DNA of 64,000 bases from Bryobacterales bacterium (GTDB lineage Bacteria > Acidobacteriota > Terriglobia > Bryobacterales > Bryobacteraceae). The position numbers and the translations under genes were made by a program. Under the pieces are notes generated by a model. The model searched no databases, was not told the origin of the DNA, and saw nothing but the letters and a program-made list of their open reading frames with translations. Positions 1-11,399 of this stretch are shown one piece after another. Within the stretch, counting starts at the first letter, position 1. Each line of letters starts with the position of its first letter. Location of the stretch: the NCBI GenBank assembly GCA_963810595.1, contig CAWEOG010000018.1, positions 85,391 to 149,390 on the forward strand, given 5' to 3'.

Positions 1-1501
<1,501 letters not shown>

Positions 1502-1617
1502 CGTCGCTCCTTCTGTGTAACCCTTCTGGTCGCACCCGAACCCCGACCGCGAGGGAGGGGACAATCGCTCCGGAAGCCGATATGGTAGCTCAACTGCCGC
1601 GCCCGGCGAACGGTGCG

Positions 1618-3775
1618 TCAGCCTTCGATGGCCAGCACCTCATAGGCGACAACGCCGCGCGGATTACAGGTCAGCCGGCCGCCCGTCTGCTGGAAGCTGA
1701 CCTCTCCGGGCGTTTCGAGCGACGAAACACGCTTGGCCCGGAAACCGTCCGGCAACGAAAGCGTCACCTTCTGTTCGCCCACCGGATAGGGCTCCCGCGC
1801 CGGACCGTGCATGAAGGCCGGGTTGGTGTAGTTCAACAGGTGCAGCGCCAGGCCCGATTCGGTCTGCCAGTAGAAGACGTCCAGAAGCCCCGGGCCGCGG
1901 ACGTCCGCCGCAATCTCGCCGCGGGCCGCCCAACGGACGGCGTTCGCCAGCAGCCTGCTCAAGTCGGGATTCCAGGTGCGCCACAAGGTCCGGTCGATGT
2001 CGCCCGGAAAATAGACTACCCGGCCGGCGGCTTCCCGCAACACCAGCTCCGGGCCTCCGGTCTTGTCCGAGCGCGGATACACCATTTCCGGCGGGAAGGC
2101 CGGGTAGCCCGGAATCCGCTCGAGCACCGCGTCGGGCTCTCCGCTCACCGGCTGGCGATTGATGCTGCCCGGCAGGAACGTGGTGCCTTCCAGGCCCGCC
2201 AGCAATGCGTGCCGCCGTCTCACCTGCATGTAGGAATTTTCGAGCGGCCCTTCGGTGGCGCCGGCCGCGTGGACGCCGAATGCCGCCGAGAGGTCGAAGT
2301 CGGCTCTCTTCTTGCCCCACTCGTCATAGAGGGACGACTCGAAGGTCGCCACCAGGTTTCCGCCGCCCGCGACAAACTGTGCCAACGCCTTCGAACAGGC
2401 CTCGGAGAGCAACGCCGCGTTCGGCAGGACCACGGTGTTGTACCCGGCCAGCCGTTCGGTGGTGAGGTCGGTGTCGTGGATGAGGTCGAACGGCACGCGG
2501 TTTTCGATCAGTGCAAAGTAGTAACCCTGCAGCGCGTCGGTCGACCCCGCTAGCTGGGGATGCCAGGTTTGCGTTCGCTGCGGCCACACCAGACCCACCG
2601 TCGCCAGCGAGCGCCGGTTGTAGAAATGCTTCTCGTTGAGCGCCAGCCACTGGTAAATCTCGCGCGCCGGCTGCTGCCAGCGCGTGTCGCGGGGTTGGCC
2701 GCCGAGCCACGTCAGCCAGGGCACCATGCCGCTGGCGGCCGTCTGGGCCAGCCACATCTTCATTTCGTGTCCGGCTTTGCTGGTGTGCCGCCAGATGGCG
2801 TCGGACATGTTGTAGGCGCTGGTGACGTTGGTCGGAGGTGCGGCCGCGCATGACGCTGTAGCTGATGCGGCCCTGCTGGGCGCAGTCCCACATCGGGATG
2901 GCGCCGCTGCGGTCCTGGTGGTCGGCGTTCATCCAGCGGCTGACGCGGGCGATGCGCGAAACGTCCGTCTCGGCCCGGATGCTGCCGCCCAGGTTGCCGA
3001 TGTAGGGGCGGTCGTCCCGGCCGCGCGTGGCGGTGTTCTGCCACAATTGCCACACCTCCAGCACACGCTCCAGGCGCCACTCCACCCACGCCCGGTAGGT
3101 TTCGTCCGCGCGATCGCGGCGGCGCGGCAGCTCTTTTCCGGTGCGCGCGTGGAACTGCTGTTTGCAGCGGTCGCAGTAACACACCGAGCCGAGTCCGGTG
3201 CCCGGCCAGCCGTTGGTGTAGTAACCGTCCGCATCGTAGCGCCGGTTTACCTCTTCGATGATGCTGGTCATGTGCCGGTCGTAGTAGGGGCCGAACATGC
3301 AGGTGCGGTACAGCTCCGGGTTCTCGTTGTGGCGCCGGGGGGCGCCGGCGGGGTCGCGCTCGAACCAATCCGCATGCGCTTCGAACACTTCGGGGAAGGT
3401 GTAGGTGGGGTCCAACCGGGCGACCACGCGAATGCCGGCCTTCTTCGCGGCGGCGGAGTATTCCCCGAAAAGATCGCGGTTGCCGAGAAACCGGGAACGG
3501 TGGTGCAGCGGGACCTCGCTAGGGTAGAACGCCATGATTCCGCCGCAGCTTGCCACCAGCGCCTGGATGCGCAGTTCGCTCCAATATCCGATCCACTTCG
3601 CGACGTCAAGCGTTCCTGCGTCGGCTTCGTTGATGTTGAGCTGCGCCATGCGGCGGAGCCGCTCGTACCAGCGCGCCTCGGCGGCCTGCGATTGCGCTGG
3701 GGCGGCTGCGAACGCCGCCACCGTGCCCATGAATTCCCGTCTGCCGATTCCCGCATCTCGAATCGAATTGCTCAT
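1618..3775 (-). pseudogene. GH42-like TIM-barrel glycoside hydrolase family protein with a Tat signal, split by a frameshift near 2833 (family assignment tentative)
   Basis: ORFs 2324..3775 and 1618..2808 are N- and C-terminal halves in different frames. The N-half has the Tat motif [16 protein letters not shown] and the Cys cluster [10 protein letters not shown], and looks real up to ..[19 protein letters not shown]. The other frame reads [26 protein letters not shown].. and continues for 396 aa. The tail of the first ORF is Arg/His-rich junk. Confidence 0.7.
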
Positions 3776-3880
3776 CGGTAATGCCTCCTTTGGCGGGCTT
3801 CGCCGGATGAGTGAATTCTATCTCAGGCTTGGCGGCGGCCGTCAGAAGGGCAGTGCGCGTGTGAGACCGACCAGTGGTGG

Positions 3881-4762
3881 TTAGAGCCCCGCATCGCGAG
3901 CGGAGATCCGCGTCACACTGGACCAGTCGGATTCCTCCTGGCCGGCCGCCATCGCGGCAAGCAGGCGATCGCGGATCAGGCTGGCGACGGGCATCGGGCT
4001 CTGGCATTCCGACGCCACTTCGAGCACCAGGCGGTTGTCCTTGAAGCCCAGCTTCAGCGCGAACCCGGCCGGCTCGAACGCTTCGTCGGCGATGATTCGG
4101 CCGTAGTTCGCGTACACCGGCGAACCGAACAGCGCCACCATCACCTCCAGGAACAGGTGCGGGTCGACGTTGGCCTTGCGCAGAGTGGCGTTGGCCTCGC
4201 CGAAGCTTTCGAGCATGCTGGAGAGCATGAAGTTGCCGCACAGCTTGACCGCATTCGCCTGCCACGGCTCGGCGCCGGCGACGAAGGTCTGGCGGGCGAT
4301 GGCCTCGAACACCGGCCGGCAGCGCTCCACCAGTTGGGATGGACCGGCCGCGACAACGAGCAGCTTTTTGGCTTCGGCGGCGTCGGGCCGCCCGAACACG
4401 GGCGCGCTCAGGTAAGGCTGGCCGCGTTTGCCGTGCTCGGCTGTGAGGCGCCGGGCCAGGCTGGTGCTGATGGTGCTGGAAGAAATATGGATCGCACCGG
4501 GCGGCAAAGCCGATGCCAGGCCGCCGTCGCCAAACACGGTTTGCTCCAGGGCGTGATCGTCCGAGAGCATCGTCACCACCGCTTCACAGCCACGGACCGC
4601 GTCGGCCAGCGAGTCCGCCACTGTGGCGCCGTCGGCGGCCAGTGGTTCGGCCTTGCTGCGTGTCCGGTTATAAACGGCTACCTTGTGCCCGGCGCGGAGC
4701 AGGTTCCGCGCCATCCCCGAGCCCATCCTGCCTAAGCCGACAAATGCGATGTTCATAATCAT
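3881..4762 (-). CDS. NAD(P)-dependent oxidoreductase, 3-hydroxyisobutyrate / 6-phosphogluconate dehydrogenase family
   Basis: 293-aa ORF with the Rossmann motif IAFVGLGRMGSGMARNL and family-typical length and C-terminal helical domain. Confidence 0.85.
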   Translation of the reverse strand: MIMNIAFVGLGRMGSGMARNLLRAGHKVAVYNRTRSKAEPLAADGATVADSLADAVRGCEAVVTMLSDDHALEQTVFGDGGLASALPPGAIHISSSTISTSLARRLTAEHGKRGQPYLSAPVFGRPDAAEAKKLLVVAAGPSQLVERCRPVFEAIARQTFVAGAEPWQANAVKLCGNFMLSSMLESFGEANATLRKANVDPHLFLEVMVALFGSPVYANYGRIIADEAFEPAGFALKLGFKDNRLVLEVASECQSPMPVASLIRDRLLAAMAAGQEESDWSSVTRISARDAGL

Positions 4763-4832
4763 AAGGATAAGCCGTCAGGCGTTGACGATTCCGGCGAGCG
4801 CGGGCTCGGCGCCGTGGCGCGGACATTCGTGT

Positions 4833-4848
4833 CTGTGTCAGGTGCCAC
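4833..4848. repeat. Partial inverted copy (16 nt) of the REP-like element at 4977
   Basis: ctgtgtcaggtgccac is the exact reverse complement of gtggcacctgacacag at 4977-4992. Confidence 0.7.
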
Positions 4849-4976
4849 CCGCGTGGGCGCCGGTGTGCTCTTGCCTCGGTCGGCACTGCCGGCAAGCCAT
4901 GGAGAAACCCAGGTGAGGGAGATGTCTGCGGAAGAACTCCAGTCCAGCTTAAGAGCCTACACGGACCTGGACGTCC

Positions 4977-5011
4977 GTGGCACCTGACACAGGCTGGAAA
5001 GCCCGTGCCAC
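4977..5011. repeat. REP-like palindromic element, copy 1
   Basis: gtggcacctgacacaggctggaaagcccgtgccac has outer arms GTGGCAC/GTGCCAC and an inner stem CACAGGCT-GGAA-AGCC(C)GTG. A near-identical copy lies at 45217-45251. Confidence 0.75.
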
Positions 5012-5069
5012 AAGCAAGCCGGCGTCTGCTTTCGTTGCGCCTCCACACAGTCACGCATGTACTGTGTGC

Positions 5070-5228
5070 ATGAAGAACATCACCCTCAGCGTGGACGAAA
5101 ACGTCCTGTCGACCGTTCGCCGCTACGTCGCCGATCTCGTATTTGGCTATTTTGGCGTCCATTTGGCAAAGACCGGTGAAATTATCGGTCCCAAACGGCT
5201 GTTTAAGAACTTGGAGCGGAGACGGTGA
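5070..5228 (+). CDS. Small ORF whose N-terminus resembles a ribbon-helix-helix antitoxin; probably a truncated remnant
   Basis: MKNITLSVDENVLSTVRRY.. is a typical antitoxin-like start. The remaining 33 aa do not look like that family. Confidence 0.25.
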   Translation: MKNITLSVDENVLSTVRRYVADLVFGYFGVHLAKTGEIIGPKRLFKNLERRR

Positions 5229-5235
5229 TCTAGTG

Positions 5236-5524
5236 ATGCGAACAACTTTTGCAGTGGTCCTAGTGGCGCTTCTTTGTGCGTTTGGGGGCCTTGCCCAAAC
5301 CGCACCTTCTCTCCGTTCTGTGAAACGGATTTTCATCGAAAAGATGGACAACGATCTGGACCAGTACACCCGTGCTCCTGGACAAGGAGGGTAAGGTCAT
5401 TCTCTGGCCCAATGAGGCCGGGAATCGCAGCCTCTGGTGGGGACCGCTAGCCCGCGGTGGCCAACGAAAAGTCGCCCAGCGGCTCATCAGCAAGCTCAAG
5501 AGCGCGATGGATAAAGCGAGGTGA
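5236..5524 (+). pseudogene. Small secreted protein, internally deleted or frameshifted
   Basis: The signal peptide MRTTFAVVLVALLCAFGGLAQ..KRIFIEKMDNDLDQY stops at 5394. Another frame continues VLLDKEGKVILWPNEAGNRSLWWGPLARGGQRKVAQRLISKLKSAMDKAR to the stop at 5524. Confidence 0.4.
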
Positions 5525-5862
5525 GACGCGGAGGGTTATGAGTCAAACGAGAACAGGATAAAACGCAGGTGCGGCTGCTCCGCAGACAGTTAAACCCGGC
5601 CCACCCAAACTGTCTGCCGCGACGGTTTGGCGAAAATCTCGTAAGTGGCGGACAGCCCTTCCATCGTCGCCAGCTTCGAGATTATTTGAGAGTATTCTTG
5701 GTCGTGCACGGCAGTACTTGAATCGGATTCCCAGAAATGCTCGATGTGTGCTACCTGGACGGGCCTGTCACGTCGCCTAGCGTCGAACCAATCGCCCGCC
5801 CTCCAGGCTCATCTTGTATGAGACAAAACCCAGGTGCGGCTGCCGGAAGGGTTGGAGGTAGA

Positions 5863-6102
5863 ATGAGGTTGGGACGCACTTCCATGGCCAGCACGCCATA
5901 TGAGAACGCGAGAAAATCCGTCGAGGCCCTCGGGCCAGCAGATCAGCTACGCCTGGTTGCCGAACTCGCGTCTCGTTTGAGCGGCAAGTTAGATCGGCAG
6001 CCTCGCAGTCTTCTGGAGCTCGAAGGCCTGGGACAAGAACTATGGCAGGGCGTGGATGTGGACGAATACCTGCGCCGGGAACGCTCCTCGTGGAATGGAT
6101 AG
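5863..6102 (+). CDS. Type II antitoxin, partner of the downstream PIN toxin
   Basis: GGAGG lies 5 nt before the ATG at 5863 (alternative ATG at 5884). It is a small acidic protein ending ..VDVDEYLRRERSSWNG, and its stop overlaps the toxin start. Confidence 0.6.
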   Translation: MRLGRTSMASTPYENARKSVEALGPADQLRLVAELASRLSGKLDRQPRSLLELEGLGQELWQGVDVDEYLRRERSSWNG

Positions 6103-6536
6103 ACGCACTCCGCGGCGAGATCGTCGGCCTCGATACCGCCCCGCTGATCTACTTCATCGAGAGGCACCCTGCACACTCCGCCAAGCTGAAACCCTTCTTC
6201 GCCGCGGCTGAGCGCCGGGAATTCCGTATGGTGACTTCCCTCGTTACCCTGCTCGAGGTTCTCGTGCATCCGTTGCGCAACGGGCGAGACGATTTGGCGC
6301 GCGAGTACAGGGATATCCTGTTCCGGTCTCCGAGTCTGACGGCCCTGCCGATTGGCGAGGAGATCGCAGAAGAGGCGGCTCGACTGCGTGCCTCGCATGG
6401 CGTTAAGACACCCGACGCCATTCAGCTCGCTACGGCGAAGATCGCAGGCGCGACCTGGTTTCTGACTAACGACGGAAATCTGCCGTCCCTGCCGGGCATT
6501 TCGCTCCTGGTCGTTGATCGTTTACCTGTCGCCTGA
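6090..6536 (+). CDS. vapC: PIN-domain ribonuclease toxin (VapC-like)
   Basis: The GTG at 6090 is in frame with ORF 6042..6536. The sequence reads IVGLDTAPLIYFIE..SLVTLLEVLV..KTPDAIQLATAKIAGATWFLTNDG, with the conserved acidic PIN residues. Confidence 0.8.
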   Translation: MEWIDALRGEIVGLDTAPLIYFIERHPAHSAKLKPFFAAAERREFRMVTSLVTLLEVLVHPLRNGRDDLAREYRDILFRSPSLTALPIGEEIAEEAARLRASHGVKTPDAIQLATAKIAGATWFLTNDGNLPSLPGISLLVVDRLPVA

Positions 6537-6836
6537 ATCACGAAAATACTCGAAGAACCATCGGTGCGTTACTCCAAAAGGTCAGCCTCAATCAAGCAGT
6601 TGGTGAGTGGCAATCGTATAGTTCGAAATCCCGAGGCATCCTAACATGCGGTGCACATCTGTCCGGCACGGCGAAGATGGAGCTGATCGTGGCAGAGTCT
6701 CGCGCAGGTGGTTTTGGTGGCTCCCGAGGGAACGCTTCAGTTCCAGCAGTTTCGACGAACGGGCCGCGTGGCCGGGCAGAACATGACCAGCAGCCCCAGG
6801 GAACCGCTTCCGAACCGCGCGTTGGCACGGTAGACT

Positions 6837-7073
6837 GTGGGTATGCCGCTTTCCGAGCGCATCGTCGTCGACCCCGAGGTGCTGGCCGGCAAGCCAGTGA
6901 TCCGAGGGACGCGTCTCGCGGTCGAGTTTATTCTGGAACTCCGGGCAGCCGGCCAGTCGGAAGACGAGGTCCTCGCCAACTACCCCGGGCTGACGCGGTC
7001 GGACATCCTCGCCTGCCTGTCGTACGCCAGCTATTTGGCCCACGAATACAAAGCTTACCCGATTCCAGCGTAA
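6837..7073 (+). CDS. DUF433 domain protein (antitoxin-like)
   Basis: VVDPEVLAGKPVIRGTRLAVEFILELRAAGQSEDEVLANYPGLTRSDILACLSYA matches the DUF433 consensus. Confidence 0.8.
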   Translation: MGMPLSERIVVDPEVLAGKPVIRGTRLAVEFILELRAAGQSEDEVLANYPGLTRSDILACLSYASYLAHEYKAYPIPA

Positions 7074-7142
7074 ATGCGCCTCCTCGCCGACGAGAACTTT
7101 CCGAAGCCGATAGTCGAGGCTCCGCACTACCTTGGTTGTTGA
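7074..7142 (+). pseudogene. Truncated DUF5615 (Mut7-C/PIN-like) toxin remnant, 22 codons
   Basis: The ATG directly follows the DUF433 stop. MRLLADENFPKPIVEA is the canonical DUF5615 N-terminus, and a stop follows 22 codons in. Confidence 0.55.
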
Positions 7143-7244
7143 AACTTGGGAAGCCGCAGGCTTGCCCGGAGGTGCGACCTCGTTCTGCTCGCCGTGCGCG
7201 TTCTCCCGGACAAGAAGAAGAGATCTTTTTCTGTTCTGAAATGT

Positions 7245-8825
7245 ATGATGGGAGACGCCATGGAAACCATCTCTCGACGAAGCATGCTTGCGCTCCCGTG
7301 GTTGACCTGCTGGCCCCTTGCCGATCTCGCTTGTGGTTCAGCCCCTGGATCCACGAGACCCAACATCCTATTCATCATGACCGACGACCACGCCTCTCAG
7401 GCGATCGGTTGTTACGGCAGCAAGGTCAACCGGACGCCGAACCTCGACCGGCTCGCCAGCGAAGGAATGCGAATGGACCGGGTCTTCGCGACAAACTCGA
7501 TCTGCACGCCGAGCCGCGCGACCATTCTGACAGGCAAGTACAGTCACATGAACGGAGTTCCGGTGTTCAACCGGTTTGACGGATCGCAGCCCACAGTGGC
7601 AAAGATGCTTCAGCGTGTGGGCTATTACACGGCGATGATCGGGAAGTGGCACCTGGGAAGCGACCCGACTGGATTTGACTACTGGAATATCCTTCCCGGA
7701 CAGGGTGTATATAACAATCCGACCTTCTACGACAAAGATGGCTCCGTGGTGTACAAGGGCTATGCCACGGACATCATCGCGGACATCACCATCGAGGCGT
7801 TGAAGAACCGGCCGAAGGACAAGCCGTTTTTCATGATGTCGCATCACAAAGCGCCGCATCGGGAGTGGACCCCCGACGAGAAGCACAGGAAGATGTTCGA
7901 GAACAGGCACATCCCTGAACCAGCTAACTTGCGCGACGATTATTCAGGCAGGACCGATGCCCTCCGCGAGCAGCAGCAATCAGTCTTCAGGGACCTGACC
8001 CGGTTCGATCTCAAGCTTACGCCGCCGCCTGGGCTGTCTGACGCGCAGGTGCGTGAATGGATGAGGGCGAAGCCTACGGAAGTCGAAGTCGAGGTGGACG
8101 GAGTCAAGAAAAGACTGGCGGGCAAGGAGTTGGAGGACTGGAAATACCAGCGCTACATGCAGGACTACCTGGCCTGCGTGCAGAGTGTGGACGACAACGT
8201 TGGCCGTACCCTGGACTGGCTGGATGCGAACGGCCTCAGGGAAAACACGGTAGTGATTTACACCAGCGATCAAGGCTTTTTCCTGGGCGAGCACGGTCTG
8301 TTCGACAAGCGCTTCATGTATGAGGAGTCGTTGCGAATGCCGTTCCTGGTTCGCTGGCCCGCCGGTATCCGGGCGGGCAGCACATCGGACGCGCTCGGGA
8401 TCAACTGCGATTTTGCCCCGACATTCCTGGAACTGGCCGGCCAGCCGACACCGGAGGATATGCAGGGCCGCAGTTTCGTTCCCATCTGGAAAGGGAAGAC
8501 ACCGCGAGATTGGCGCCGCGCCATGTATTACCGCTATTACCACGATCCGGGTGACCACAACACACGCGCGCACTACGGAGTTCGCACCGCCACCCACAAG
8601 CTGATCTATTTCTGGAAAAAGGACCAGTGGGAGTGCTACGACCTTGTGGCGGACCCGCAGGAAATGCACAACATCTACAACGATCCTAAGGCGCAGAATA
8701 CCGTGGCGATGTTAAAGCAGGAACTATGGCGGCTCAAGAAAGAAGTGAAGGACGACGACCAGTTCGCCGACCATCAGCCGCAGGACTCGTCCTACGTACA
8801 AGCTCCCCCGCCGAAGAAGCAGTGA
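7245..8825 (+). CDS. Formylglycine-dependent sulfatase
   Basis: NILFIMTDDHA..SICTPSRATILTGKY carries the CxPxR FGly motif. The N-terminus METISRRSMLALP is signal-like. The start is 7245 or 7260. Confidence 0.9.
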   Translation: MMGDAMETISRRSMLALPWLTCWPLADLACGSAPGSTRPNILFIMTDDHASQAIGCYGSKVNRTPNLDRLASEGMRMDRVFATNSICTPSRATILTGKYSHMNGVPVFNRFDGSQPTVAKMLQRVGYYTAMIGKWHLGSDPTGFDYWNILPGQGVYNNPTFYDKDGSVVYKGYATDIIADITIEALKNRPKDKPFFMMSHHKAPHREWTPDEKHRKMFENRHIPEPANLRDDYSGRTDALREQQQSVFRDLTRFDLKLTPPPGLSDAQVREWMRAKPTEVEVEVDGVKKRLAGKELEDWKYQRYMQDYLACVQSVDDNVGRTLDWLDANGLRENTVVIYTSDQGFFLGEHGLFDKRFMYEESLRMPFLVRWPAGIRAGSTSDALGINCDFAPTFLELAGQPTPEDMQGRSFVPIWKGKTPRDWRRAMYYRYYHDPGDHNTRAHYGVRTATHKLIYFWKKDQWECYDLVADPQEMHNIYNDPKAQNTVAMLKQELWRLKKEVKDDDQFADHQPQDSSYVQAPPPKKQ

Positions 8826-9071
8826 ACGAGTTGCGACGAAACCTGGCGGCTGTCCAGATCAGGGCTCCGCGTGGGGCTACTCCGGGCGGTCCCTTCAGGA
8901 CCGAATGCCTCGAAGAACCATTGATGAGTTATGGGTCTTCGACCGAGTCACTGGCCGCTTGTCCTACAGGCTGCGGCCCGCGTCCCACGGGTTTTGAGCG
9001 CCACCGACGCCCCATCCCACCCATCGAACGAGATCTTGCTGCATACATACAATGTACGTATACTGGTAGCG

Positions 9072-9349
9072 ATGGCCAGCGAGCTCGAGTTTGACTGGGA
9101 CCCGGCGAATACCGGGCATATCGCCAGCCATCTTGTTACTCCCGAAGAGGTCGAGGAGGTGTTCGCGAATGACGAGGTGGACATTGATTACGACGTCATC
9201 GGAGGAGAGCAACGGTGGACCGTCGCAGGGGAGACAGACGAGTGCTTATCGTCGCCTTCACTATACGGGACGATCTGGTCCGAGTGGTGACGGCTTTCGA
9301 GGCTGGCGGTCGAATGCGAAGCCGCTATTTTGCAATGAAGGGACGATGA
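9072..9349 (+). pseudogene. brnT: BrnT (DUF497) toxin, frameshifted near 9235
   Basis: MASELEFDWDPANTGHIASH..EQRWTVAGETD lies in frame 0. The conserved tail RRVLIVAFTIRDDLVRVVTAFEAGGRMRSRYFAMKGR lies in another frame and ends in an ATGA overlap with brnA. Confidence 0.65.
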
Positions 9350-9663
9350 CGATGCCGACAAAGGCGGATCGACAAAAGGTGCCGAAGTTCGCTACCGAAG
9401 CGGAGGAGGCAAAGTGGTGGGATCAGCACAAGGACATGGTTGAGGCGGACTTGATCCGGGCAATCGAGGATGGGACCGTTCGGCGAGGCACGGCGGGGCG
9501 ACTGGTACGGGAGGCGCGCGCTTCGCGGAACATTACCATTCGCGTGGCGGAAGCGGACTTGGATCTTGCGCGCAAGCAGGCGGAGGAAAAGGGACTGCCG
9601 TACCAAACCTATATAAAATCCGTGCTGCACGAAGAACTAACGAGGCGTGAACGGCGGCACTGA
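9346..9663 (+). CDS. brnA: BrnA antitoxin
   Basis: VPKFATEAEEAKWWDQH..ITIRVAEADLDLARKQAEEKGLPYQTYIKSVLHEEL matches the BrnA pattern. Confidence 0.7.
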   Translation: MTMPTKADRQKVPKFATEAEEAKWWDQHKDMVEADLIRAIEDGTVRRGTAGRLVREARASRNITIRVAEADLDLARKQAEEKGLPYQTYIKSVLHEELTRRERRH

Positions 9664-10329
9664 GGCGTTCACGGCAACGTAGCCTGCCGAGACAAGACGC
9701 GAGACGTCACATTCGCTGGCCCTTGACCACTCACTGAAGCAAAACCACCGGGCCCGCTGGAACGGGTTGCGAAAACAGCGAAGGCGGCAGAGGGCTTTGC
9801 CATCTCGGCCAGTTGGCTGTATGGCCGTTCTGTTTGGACCTTGACCGCCAATTTTCCGGTCGCAATGCTTCGTTTCGGCTTTTCGTTCACTCGCCTGTTT
9901 GCATCGCTACCGGGGCGATCCTTATCGAGGCTCCATTGGCGCCAGCGTCTCACGAAGGGTTGCTTCCGCCTCGTGCAAATTCCTTTTCTTCAGACAGGCG
10001 GCGCGGGAAACTGGTCGAGGTAGGGATGCGGGTTGCCAACACCACCAAGTCGGCGCGGCACCAAGCGTCCCCTCACTCACGTTCGGGGTTCCAACCCTAC
10101 GCCGGGCGCCAGACTTGTGCGAGATCGGTCGGGTTGGATCGCACGCTTGACCACCGGGCCACTGGCACAGGCGCTGGCCTCGGAGGAAGCGGCGGAAGTC
10201 CGGTTGTTGCGGTGCTGCATCTATGGCGGGCGAATTCGCAGATCAGGTGAAAAGAATAGTGCCATCCGCCACTTTCGAGGTTTTAGCGAACTCGTCTTTG
10301 CTGGCTGTCCAATTGGGTCACAGCCGCGC

Positions 10330-11319
10330 CTAACCCTGGACGCCGTCCGGAAACTGCTCGGCGTAGACCCGGTCCAGTTGTGCATCCCGCCGCATTCGCA
10401 CCAGCCGCTCCACTCGGGCCCGGACCTCTTCTCGAAACCGGCTCGCCGCCAGAGCGAGAACGGCGTTCGCCGCGACTTCGCCGCTCTCGGATTCCAGCAG
10501 TTCCAGCAGCAATTCCGCCGCCTCCGCCTGTACCGCGCCGCCAAGAAACAGGACCACGGCCGCCCGCAACCGGTGTTCGGCCCGCTCGGCCAGGAATCCC
10601 CGAATCGCCGGGATCGCCTCCGCCTCGCGAGATTGGGCCAGCGCGCTGGCCGCTTCGAGCACAACCTGCTCATCGGCGCGGCGGAGAAAGCGCGAAACGA
10701 ACTCGACCGCCTTGCCGCCGGCCAGGCTCAGCACCGCGGAGAAGCATTGCCCCATCACTTCGGGCTCCGCGTCGCCGCACAGCGCCTTCAGGCGCAACAG
10801 CATTGCCCCTTCCGGACGTCCCGTCTGCGCGATAGCCCTCGCCGCGTCGATGCGCACCGATTTCTCGCCGTCCGCCAGCAACTTTCCCAACAGACCGACA
10901 ATCTCCAAATCGTCCAAATCGGTATCCACCAGAGCCAGCGCGCAGGTGCCCCGCAGCGCCGCCGCCGAATCCTCCCGGCCGCCCCATACCGGCTCGAGCT
11001 GCACGTGGGCGATCCCCCGCCGGTACGGATCGGCCCGCCGATAGCCCAAATCCTTCAACGTCTTGGCAATCGCCGTCTTGGCCCAACAGTGCGGGTCGGA
11101 CTTTGGCCCATTTTCGAGAAACCGGTCGAACGCGGCCACCAGGTCGGTGCTCAATTCGATCAGCGACAGCTCCGCCGCCACCGCCGCCGCCTTCGAAACC
11201 AAATAGTTGTTCCGGTCGCTCAACGCTTTCCGCAATTGCGCCGCCACTTCCGGTCCCGCTCCGGCAGTCCGCAACGCCTGAATGCTTTCCAGCCTCTTCT
11301 CCAGAGCCTGCTTACCCAT
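10330..11319 (-). CDS. HEAT/armadillo-type helical repeat protein
   Basis: Repeated A/L-rich helical units such as ..VRIDAARAIAQTGRPEGAMLLRLKAL.. The ATG at 11319 (MGKQALEKRL) is preferred over the ORF start at 11355. Confidence 0.7.
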   Translation of the reverse strand: MGKQALEKRLESIQALRTAGAGPEVAAQLRKALSDRNNYLVSKAAAVAAELSLIELSTDLVAAFDRFLENGPKSDPHCWAKTAIAKTLKDLGYRRADPYRRGIAHVQLEPVWGGREDSAAALRGTCALALVDTDLDDLEIVGLLGKLLADGEKSVRIDAARAIAQTGRPEGAMLLRLKALCGDAEPEVMGQCFSAVLSLAGGKAVEFVSRFLRRADEQVVLEAASALAQSREAEAIPAIRGFLAERAEHRLRAAVVLFLGGAVQAEAAELLLELLESESGEVAANAVLALAASRFREEVRARVERLVRMRRDAQLDRVYAEQFPDGVQG

Positions 11320-11399
11320 GCTGCTTCCTCGCCACGTTATCCATCCTAGCGGCACTGGATTCCGCCGCGGCGCAGTTCACAATTTGTGCGAACAATCAC

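Noticed and set aside
4977-5011. Possible sigma-54 promoter in the REP-like element (TGGCAC on the reverse strand)
   Set aside because: The -12 position reads TTCC, so the GG-N10-GC spacing rule fails. No enhancer-binding-protein gene or suitable downstream gene is present.
9664-10329. Fragments resembling TPR-repeat sequence on the minus strand (e.g. LKKRNLHEAEATLRETLAP)
   Set aside because: The pieces are scattered over all three frames with many stops, which is too degraded to support a call.
10033-11349. 438-aa plus-strand ORF
   Set aside because: It is antisense to the HEAT-repeat gene and is Arg/Pro/Gln-rich.
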